Source: Eledone cirrhosa
Lineage: Eukaryota
Length of the DNA stretch: 64,000 nt
Reading direction: 5' to 3'
NCBI GenBank assembly: GCA_964016885.1
Contig: OZ024746.1
Location: forward strand, 65,968,001-66,032,000
Positions 54,039-64,000 of the stretch are shown piece by piece (position 1 is the first letter of the stretch; the number at the start of each line of letters is the position of its first letter). Position numbers and translations under genes: made by a program. The notes under the pieces are model-generated. The model ran no database searches and was not told the origin of the DNA. It worked only from the letters and a program-made list of their open reading frames with translations.

Positions 54039-57000
54039 TATATATATATAGATAGATAGATATAGATAGGCAAATATACACGGGTGTGTATGATTGTGTA
54101 TAGAAGATTATATTAATAAGAGGAATTCCAACTTCGTCTGATTTACTCGTTTTATTTACAATCCTTTAAAATATATATAATGGTATTATAATGAAATAGT
54201 ATGATAGAATATTAAATTCTAAGTGTTAATTGAACAAGTACTTTCATGCTTTCGCAATCTTCAGTTTCATGATATGTGGTGACAGTCGAGTTTGCAATTT
54301 TCAAATATATATATATATGCCCTATACGCTTCTTAATTATTTCTGTATTCGAGGATGAAACTTTCAAATTAAGTTCAATACTATATGACTGAGATCGTTC
54401 AACAGTCAACATTTGTTTTCCAATTTTGTTATCGAATGCGAGTGTATGTTTTTACAATCATCCTTGAGAAAAATTACGCTGGCCTGTCATTATAGAAATT
54501 GTGTTGGAATGTTGAGCTGAAAATGGGGAATAACGTGACAAGCAATCATACTTTAACTGCAAAATATATACAGTATCTGCTGAAGAGCGTGAAATTATCC
54601 AGGTATGTTGAAGATAGATTATTGGACGTATTTATCTGTTTTAATGGACATTTTCATCATTTCATAAAAGAGACAGTATTTAATACTGCATATACAAAAT
54701 ATGTTATAAATGAAATCCTGAATTTCTTTTGTTACAGTCATATCACACAATTGACATATAGATCAAATCAATGATAAAAAACGTTAGATATTATAATGCC
54801 ATACATGTAAAACGGAAAAACACTAATTAAACATTTTGAAAATTAAATTCACTGTATGGCGTCGGCGACTAAACTGGCAACGCCACCAAGGTAGCGTATC
54901 GAGTGGGTGATGCTTGTACACCTTGCGGGATTAAAAGCAAAACCCGTCAATGTACGGAGGAACCCAGGAGGGGGAAGGGCCATCTAAACATATTTAAAAT
55001 CTCCAACTGCGTATTATGAAATTTCTGGATTGGTGACCAGCGCAGGAAAACTCAATTCAATTTTAAAGTTCGAAGGCCCCTTAAATTCGTTTACCTTACT
55101 CTCTAGAGATGGTCTCTCAAAATAAAGTATATAGACAATAAATGCTATGAGTATGTCAGGGACTTGCTAACGTGACAAAGTAAGATGTATGAACAATGGA
55201 TCTCGTAGTATAAACACAATGTACGTTTCCAACAATATCAGTAGAGAATCTATCAGGTGCTAAATGGTATGGGTAGGAATGATTAAGTAATCTCTGATAC
55301 GGATGAAAATAAGAAGTTTTGAAGTGTTATCTGGAGTGTAGGGAAATAGCAAAATAGAAGTGTGGAATGGTTGACTAACATAAGAAGTGGCGTAGGAGAT
55401 AATCAACAGGGATAACTGGAGATAACAACTGATATCGTAACTATCCTGTGTAGAAGGAAACCAATTTATGGGATAATTGCTGAGCAACTGAATAAGATCT
55501 CGAATGAAGGAAAGAGCTTGCCAGAATGGCTAAGCTCTGGGAGGACACATTTTCGTATGAATCATACTAGCATATATTTGCTATTTATAAAATGTCAACA
55601 TTTACATAGAATAACATTGTTCAAATCAGTTAATCATTTTAATTGAAACATATTCTAAATGTAGTTTGCAGAATTCCTTAAATCAGGTACACTTAGCTAC
55701 TCCTTCATTCAGTACCTCTTATCAAAGAATATATATACGGTTTCCACGAAAGGGTGTAGAGAATGAAAACATTGCCATTGAAGTATAAATCAAGATCGAT
55801 TGATTAAATGCATTTTGCTTTCCTAAGCTTTCTTCCATGCGCAAATATTGTTACCTCAATTTTCCAAGACGCAATATTTGACACAAAATTACAGGTATAA
55901 CATTTTCTCACATTTTCCTTAACACCCTAATCCCAGTAATTACATATGCATACATTATAATTAACAGGACAGCATACACTTTTCTGATTTATTCGTTCAT
56001 AACACAACGATGTGCTGCAATAGTCGATTACAATTATGGACAGCATCACATTAACTTCACATATTTCTTATAGATTCTAAACTCTATAAATTCTGACAAA
56101 TTCCTTAGATCTTTTCTAAGACCCTTCTCCTATATTTCAGCAGCAATTCTCCTAGTTAATTAGTTTGGGCTTGTTTGTTTTTTTTTGTATATGCTTTATG
56201 TACGGTTTTATCGGTTTTCTTTCCTATCGAATATATAAAGGCGTTTGTTGAATGTCTATGATCGACGAATGCAATCAGATAATTTATTGAGCTTTCCTAT
56301 TGATAACTTTGAAGGTCTCTTTCGATTTTTTGAATACATCATGTATAGATACTTACTTATACCTATATACATAGATATGTGGCAGTACGTGTTGATTTAC
56401 ATTGATGGAAGTTTTTCATTTGCTACCCCATTAACCTCCTTCACTGCATTTTAGGTATATGAATATTTATGGAAACTAAATATATCAACTCTATCTTTAT
56501 CACTAAAGTCAATTAATATTTTTGGGTCAGTTTTCCCTAGCATTTTAAATGGTCTCTCTTTATCATGATTAGATTATTTCAATCATTACGCAGATATTGA
56601 ATATTGGCGCATTGCTGAACGCAATGCACATTCCTAGTGGGATCAATGTAATGCAAATGTACAGTTAGATGAAAGCTTTATTATAATTTGAAACATTATA
56701 TGTGGTTATAATTGTCGTCCACGTTAGAAATGATCAATTGCAAGTTAATTGCATATTGTAAAGAATGTCTTCATTCTACGGTTTTGTTCCTATTTTATAG
56801 GTAATGATAACATGAAGAGGAACAGGAAAGAGCTATATGGAGTATTACACAATACATATATTGACACACTACCCCATGCATCGCTATGTTCAGCCTTTTC
56901 ATTCACTCGTTCAAAGTATAGTAACATATTCAAGTCATCGATTATCATGCAACAACAGGCATTTTCTATAAGACTAGATGTATGCTCTCTTGGTTCCCTA

Positions 57001-57059
57001 TTACCTTTATATCTCATACCATAGTCTCTAATATTCTTAAACTTTATTTTTATTATTAT

Positions 57060-57930
57060 AAAAGAATAATTCCTCATTTATAATTGTATAAATAAAATTA
57101 CTAATGCAGAAAGAAGAAAGAAGAGCAGACGTGGCTGCGTTGGAACGTAGAAAAAAGGACTACAAAAGCCATCATTTAGAGGAAAAGGAGGGGAAAATCT
57201 AGGGCCACTGAAGAAACGGATGGGGGGGGGGGGGATGGCGACGTGTTCCAGGCCTAGAGTGCGGCGGACAAAACTGCAAAAGCTTTCGCGTGGACGATGG
57301 CCAGCGACACCCGCCGCAACAGCCACCCCACCTCGCGTGGGATCCTTCCTCAGCGGGCTGTCGAGGTTCCGATCTTGTGAGAGAGCTCGGCAATCCGTGG
57401 TCCAAAGACGCCTTCGGTTTCGACGGTGATCGGTTCGAAGAGGAAGCGACCAGACAATCTCCGATATTTGTTTATATTCCTTTCCTCTGCATTACTGGCT
57501 GCAGTACCGGGGTTTTTGCCCGAAGCAACTAAGTTGGAGGCTGATAACGTGTCACATGTGGTGTTCCAGATGAGGGATATACCTTCTTCGTATGTGAAGC
57601 GGGTAATTCCGTTTTGGCGCTTGCCATCTCCGCGATCGCTGCCTGTTGGTTCAGTCTCATAGGAAGCCAGCTGTGTCCAGGATCATTCTCAATATGTCGT
57701 TGAGAGCGGGGTGTTGAGTGAATAAGCCAGAGCTCTCGCGGCTGGACAATGATTGCAGGCTAAATTTGTCAACGACTGCCCCACAATGGCATTTAAGTGG
57801 ATGACACATGCTTGGACGTTTTTCCCCTCCGATGCATGTGTAATCCTCATCAAGAAGAGTATCGGTTGATGAGGAGGGCACCGAATTGATCCACGCACCG
57901 CTGTTTGACTTTGAAGTTGATCGTCTAAAC
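57060..57930 (-). pseudogene. Older CRE-type non-LTR 3' fragment with 3' UTR
   Basis: CHPLKCHCGAVVD..; ALNDIL; DGKRQNGIT; LIWNTTCDT; NKY; PITVETEGVFGP; LLRRVSLAIV, with stops. Confidence 0.8.
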
Positions 57931-58892
57931 TATACTGATGCATACTCAATCATCATGGTAAAATAAATACACGGATCTCTACTTTCCTAGTTATTTATAC
58001 TACATTCTATTTAACACCCCACACAAAATACTTTCCTCTATCAACTCGTTCCTCACAAATGTTAGTTATTGCATATTTGATTATTTTACTTCCATAAATA
58101 CGGTTTCAAACCGAAAACCAGTCGCACCGATATAACCGAGTTTGGCAAGAGATGTTAATTAAGTTTGTGATGAACTGTTCATATAAGTAATATAAACGTT
58201 CTTTGTTAATTATTTATTAATTCGTAAATGAAATCTCTACAAACTAGAGTTTCATTATTTTTGTGGTTATTTTTATTATCAACTTATGAAGAATTTCTGA
58301 AATTCTAATATACCATATGATGTGGATAACAGAATAGTATGAGAGTTGCGGGAAATATCTATTGGCATTTAGGCACATCTGTTTACGTTAAGCAATAACA
58401 TTTCCCTGAGGTTGATTTTACATTTCCTTATTACGGAGTGAATATACGCCAGTTAATTTCGGTGGTTCATTTAATCAGTTATACTCTTACACACAAAAGT
58501 ATGTGGCTTTGGTTTTACAATGTTAAAAAGCAACGTATCATATCAAGTTCTAGATCATCGTGTTAAATATATGACAGTGACTACTTTTCCTTCGATTCTG
58601 ATTTCAAATATCACGTAGCACAATCTTACCATTTATTCAATGCAAATTGATACTGCAAAATATCCAATAAGTATTCTCTTATTCTCCAATTAGCTATTCT
58701 ATTGACATTTCTTCAAAATGTTTAAATCAGCGACTATATATTATTTATCATACATTCTTATTGATATTCGTTTATCCATATTCCATGCAAAGTATCTTCA
58801 ATTATCTTAAGACAAACATATATATGTTCACATATGGGCAAAAATACAAAAAAAAACACACACGCACACAAGTGGATGAATACACACATGAA

Positions 58893-58926
<34 letters not shown>

Positions 58927-58984
58927 CATTTATCTATCCACTATCTCGTTCTCTCTTCAAACACACATACACACACATATATAC

Positions 58985-59068
<84 letters not shown>

Positions 59069-59823
59069 GTGTGTGTGTGTGGGGGGGTGTTTATGTGTGC
59101 GTGTGTATTTAAGATACCATGATATAATTTTAACATATACATGCATACATGATCATGCATTTGACAATAGCAATAATTTATCACGGTCTTACGATTAATA
59201 TATAAATCAATATAGTGCCTTTCAATATATCTCGACTTTTGAATGCTTGCTATCATAACGCTACAAATGGTAAGTGGAGGGAAGCTGAAACAGAATTACT
59301 TCACACTAAAATAAAATAACACAAAAAACAACTTATGTAAGATTTTGTAACTTAATCCTCTATATGAAAAAATATAATGCAAGTGTTTCGAAATCCATTA
59401 CCACATGAGAGCAACATGCAAGGAAATAAAAGAATTATTAAAATAAAAATAAAAATTGAGACGATGCTCGAAGGGTTTCAATTATAGTACTATAGAACAT
59501 CTTAATTCCTTAACAATGTGGTAAAGAAGATGAATTATGGTGAATGCACTCATATGCTCACTGAAATGGATGTGTTATTTCAAAATAAAGGAAGCGTAAT
59601 AACTCTGCGATAGACAGCTATTAAATGGTGCATTGTAATCAAACTGCCTAGAGTTCTGTTTAATCTATTGCAATTGCCAATATATTATGTCACACATGAA
59701 GAAATTCCTCGAATAGACTTGGGTACACGGCACTTTTTTTATCATTACATACATGCATAGAATACACGTGTATACTATTCCAATTCTCTATTTCTCTCAC
59801 CCTTTCTCTCTCTCTCTCCCTCG

Positions 59824-59879
<56 letters not shown>

Positions 59880-59883
<4 letters not shown>

Positions 59884-60180
59884 GGTGGCTGCCAACTCGT
59901 TTTCGAGTACGGCCACTACTTTATATCCATGTAGGGGAGAGCCCCTACCGATGCGCTGAACGAGTGTGACTTTTTAGTCCAGCCAGCGACTTGAAAACTC
60001 TGGTACAAACACTACACTTGTGACAATTATTGACACATAGTGCTGGGCCCATGGTACCATGTGACAAGTGCAGAGAGATCTCCAGATATAAAGCAATGCC
60101 TGTGCCGTGAAGCTTTTATAGTGAGCAAAGGCACTGCACAAAGCCACTCCCACTCTCTTAACCAAGATGATATTTACCAA
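59880..60180 (+). pseudogene. Decayed PLE GIY-YIG C-terminus (third family) between TA tracts
   Basis: HVGESPYRCAERV ... CLCREAFIV...SLNQDD across frameshifts. Confidence 0.55.
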
Positions 60181-60264
60181 AAAGAAAAACATATATATAT
60201 ATACATACATACACACACACATATATATATATATATTTATAATTATATATATATAGTGTGGGGC

Positions 60265-60480
60265 AAGATACCAGGTGGACCATAACGCTCCAGAATACTT
60301 AGTGTAGTAGAGTGGGTAATAGAAAAAAAGAGTCAGGACCCCGACGACTGAGCTCTGGACGTTTCAACAGGTGCTCAGCCGTCAGAGTCCTGACTCTTTT
60401 CCTACACACACACACACACATATATATATAGGAACGAGTAAGACCCCGACGGCTGAGCTCAAGCCGTTTCGACGGCTAAT
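60265..60480 (-). mobile_element. Family F copy (60265-60403) plus a separate half arm (60430-60480)
   Basis: Inverse tail GGACCATAACGC...GAGTGGGTAATAG, and arms AGAGTCAGGAC / GTCCTGACTCT. Confidence 0.75.
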
Positions 60481-60643
60481 ATATAGTATAAGGATATATA
60501 TATATATATTTATAGATAATATACATTTGCAAGATTTTTGATACGAAATCGTACATGAAACAGAGAATCACTTGAAAGGCTTATGTTGCTAATATAAACA
60601 CAGGCACAATGTTACTTCATTTCGGTTTATATTATTACTCTCG

Positions 60644-60805
60644 GGCGCCGTGCTTTGACGTATGGAGTTACGGCACTTGCCATTCTGAGTTCAAATCCCG
60701 CCAAGGTTAACTTTGCCGTTCATCCTTACGGGGTCGATAAAATAAAGTACCAGTAATGCACTGGATTATTTGCTGGCCTTGTGCCAAAAGTAGAAACAAT
60801 TATTA
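60644..60805 (+). mobile_element. SINE family A (5'-truncated)
   Basis: GAGTTCAAATCCCGCC...GTAGAAACAATTATT. Confidence 0.9.
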
Positions 60806-60904
60806 CTCATTTAACTAATCAGTTCATCCCTTCAACGTTTGATTTAGTAATCGGATGTTTATTTAATTGTAAATTCACTTACTCACCAAATTCTCTAGCA
60901 TTAT

Positions 60905-61076
60905 CGACGGTAGAGGGTCGGACGCCATGCTTTCCAGCATAGTTACGTCCCTTTACGATCTGAGTTCAAATCCCGCCGAGGTTGACTTTGCCTTTCATCC
61001 TTACGGGGTCAATAAAATAAAGTACCAGCAATGCACTGGGTAATTGTTGGTCTTGTGCCTAAAGTAGAAACAATTA
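60905..61076 (+). mobile_element. SINE family A (5'-truncated)
   Basis: GGTAGAGGGTCGGACGCC...GTAGAAACAATTAT. Confidence 0.9.
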
Positions 61077-61979
61077 TCGAAAACTGTTTCATTCTGTCCA
61101 CACCTGGGTTTGATACTTTTCTAATTACTCCACATTGATATGCTTTATTGGTTCTTTCTATGGTTTGTATGTGTGCACTATAAACATAGGTGTGTATGTG
61201 CATGTTTTAGTCTTTGTATATTGCTACTAAAGCAGGTTGTCATATGTGTGCCCATGTCTGTGTACATGTGTTTGTGTGTCTTTATATATAGATATTCTCT
61301 CAAATATATGTGTCTTTACATCTATCTGCTTATGTAGTATATATGTAACCTTCTAGCTTTCGTATATCTTTACAGAATATACTAAGGTCGTGTCATTCTT
61401 ATAAATGAACTTAGGAGGAGTCCCAGCTCTTTTGAGACAAACTTACGGAACAACACATCACCCTTACACCACCACACTTATATATTTCTTCAGAGCAAAA
61501 CTGATGTCGATAAATGAGTGATTATTGGCGTATCAATGATTGCAATGTTGAATTGTCTTGTTATTTTTCTTGTTGCTCCTATTTTCTGGCTGCAGTAGTT
61601 ATTGAAATTTACATTTCATCCAACTAAATTTTCCAACATTTTTTTTGTTCTCTTTCTGCTAGGGATTCTATAGTATTTACGTTTTGGTATTTTACGTATT
61701 TCGGGACTAACCTCTAAACATATACTTTTTTCTGGATGGATATGAGCTCTGTCATATACGCTGCATTAGATTTCAGAGCTGAACACAGCGGCCTCTGTAG
61801 CATCCACCATGTGAACTCCGTAAAATAAATACAACGTAATATACAAAATGACACACACACACATATATATATATATATACATATATATACACATATACAC
61901 ACACACTCAAAAATCACACACATACATACATATATATATACATATATGTATATATATATATATATGTAAATATATATAT

Positions 61980-62522
61980 GGAAAAATGAAACGAAATTTC
62001 ATTTCTCACTCTTAGTACGGCTGTTACTTAAATATAAGTATGTACACGTACATACATATATGTATACAGACGTACAGTAGTATGTATATATATATATATA
62101 TATACATACATGCACACATATATATATATATATTTATACGTATGGATTCACCGAACATTTATTATAATGCTCGGTGTGTTTGTAAAGAAACATCCCGTAT
62201 TAAGCCGTACAATGTCTGGCAACCATCGTTGCTCATTTGTTCAACACTGACAAAGGAACGCTGTACTACTTTCAAGCTTATTAGCTATCGTCAGCAACGT
62301 ATACCTTCCTGCCAGATGATTGGACGTCTGAAAGTATATACTTTCCTTATGCATATTAACGGCTGAGCAGCATAATTTGCATATCGTGTGAGTTAATCGG
62401 CCGGGGTACCGAAAACGATAAACGGAAAAAAATGAAACGAAATTTCATTTCTCACTCTTAGTACGGCTGTTACTTAAATATAAGTTTGTATACGTACATA
62501 CATATATATATATGTGTGCATG

Positions 62523-62567
<45 letters not shown>

Positions 62568-62614
62568 ACATACAACTGTACGTCTGTATACATATGTGTA
62601 TGTACGTATACATA

Positions 62615-62617
<3 letters not shown>
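61980..62617 (-). mobile_element. Second retrozyme-like element (~446-nt period, partial tandem, inverted 5' end)
   Basis: ATGAAACGAAATTTCATTTCTCACTC...AAATATAAGT occurs at 61986 and 62432, with one HHR between. ~62500-62617 is the inverse of ~62038-62135. Confidence 0.75.
62259..62299 (-). ncRNA. Type I hammerhead with extended stem I
   Basis: Minus strand: CGTTG-CTGACGA-TAGCT aata AGCTT-GAAA-GTAG-TA-CAGCG. Stem I extends via AAGG/CCTT and CTGGCA/TGTCAG around a TATA internal loop. Confidence 0.85.
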
Positions 62618-62705
<88 letters not shown>

Positions 62706-63797
62706 TTCGTTTCTGAATTTGTTTAGCAAGATACTTTATCTGAAAACGTCTGTTGAAACCGATATTGTTATACTCTGGGAGGGTCATGTTGCCAATACGA
62801 AACACACGAACCAAGTGCTTTCACTTCAATTTATTATAAATTAAATTCATAAATTTAAGAATTTATAAATTTCCGGTTGGTTGGTTAGTTCCACAACCGG
62901 ACGGTTGTTCATATATTGTCAAAGATTTTTTGTCACACATTCTGTGACCTCTTCAGTAAAAGGGGATTCTTTTATTTGTTTTATGACTCTCCTTTGTTCT
63001 GTCCTACGCCATCTAGTTTTTGTGTGTGTTGTGTTCTTAGTTTGCGCATGTGTTACATCCGGGTGTCTGTGTGTGTTTTTTATTTGTTTATTTATTAGTT
63101 TATTTACATGTTACTGGTTGGTTCTTTGTTCTATGTGTGTGTGTTTTCATTGTGTCCTTAATTGTAAGTTGTGATGTTGCTATTACATTCATGTTTTCTA
63201 TTTAATTTTGGCTGGAGTTCTTTTATGTTTATTGCCTCTGTAATTTGTCTAAACATTGCGTCTTTTCAGTGTGTATATTTAATTTTATTTCTATGTTCTC
63301 TAATTTGCCCTGATGCTCTACTTTAGCATGTTACTGGAGTACTGATGAATCTTCTCTATCTTGAAGCTCTCGCCAGTGTTCATTTAATCGTTCTCCTATA
63401 CAAGAGCTGTTTCACCGATGTAAACTATATTCTCATCTTTACATTGTCCTTCAGTACATCTTATGCTATATACTATGTTTCTAGTTTTATGGTTAATATG
63501 GGCGCTTAGTTTACAGATTATGCATTTCTTATCTATACAGAGAGTTCTTTGAAAAGGGTATGTATTACTAATAAGTGTTTTTATGGAGGTACCTGGTCTT
63601 TCTACTATCTTAATATTTAGTTTAAGTTTATCTAGGGCCATTCTAAATTTGTAAGGTAATTCACCTCTGGCCTTAGCTCCAAGATAGAAAATATTCATCA
63701 GTACTCCACCAACATGCTAAAATAGGACATAAGGGCAAATTAGAGAACATAGAAATAAAAATAACATATACACACAGAAAAGACGCAATGTTTAGAT
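62706..63797 (-). mobile_element. 5'-truncated PLE (same family as 2743-3505) with 5' inversion and decayed hammerhead
   Basis: IKIVERPGTSIK..PF...CIDKKCIIC..RNIVYSIRC..C..YIGETA with premature stops. HHR remnant at 62918-62960. 63697-63797 is an inverted copy of 63248-63345. Confidence 0.9.
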
Positions 63798-63819
63798 GGC
63801 TGTCACCGACATATATATA

Positions 63820-63952
63820 TAGCAGTAATAAACTAAGCCAAGTTTTAAACATTTGACATATTTATTTTATTTTACATTACTCCGGAGTAACCAAACCAAG
63901 CTGCGCGATTCGTCGACTGGTCCAATCTGCATCCTAAGGTATATACTAACAT

Positions 63953-63958
<6 letters not shown>
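63820..63958 (-). mobile_element. Tail segment of the 29826-30565 family
   Basis: Inverse of 30475-30565 (ATGCAGATTGGA...CGACGAA...TTACTCCGGAGTAA). Confidence 0.65.

Positions 63959-64000
<42 letters not shown>

Overview
This is a eukaryotic, very AT-rich, microsatellite-dense window with no intact host gene that I can identify. The dominant tRNA-derived SINE closely resembles SINEs I recognise from octopod cephalopods, so an octopod host is my inference. Most listed ORFs are microsatellite artefacts. The real coding remnants come from transposons: Penelope-like elements (PLEs, GIY-YIG), two CRE-type non-LTR fragments, an RNase H-containing LINE and a FLYWCH/MULE transposase. There are also a Helitron-like element and a hAT MITE. 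The main hidden signal is RNA-level. I found by eye about 20 type I hammerhead ribozyme (HHR) motifs, intact or decayed, from at least 7 sequence families. The best case is a near-perfect 5x310-bp tandem array (45720-47518) with one HHR per unit and a highly structured monomer, i.e. a candidate circular-RNA retrozyme. A second ~446-nt retrozyme-like unit lies at 61980-62617. Most HHR/PLE elements sit in or next to (TA)n tracts and share a fold-back (inverted 5' arm) architecture, which often places HHRs on both strands. All folds and alignments were done by eye, and element boundaries are approximate.
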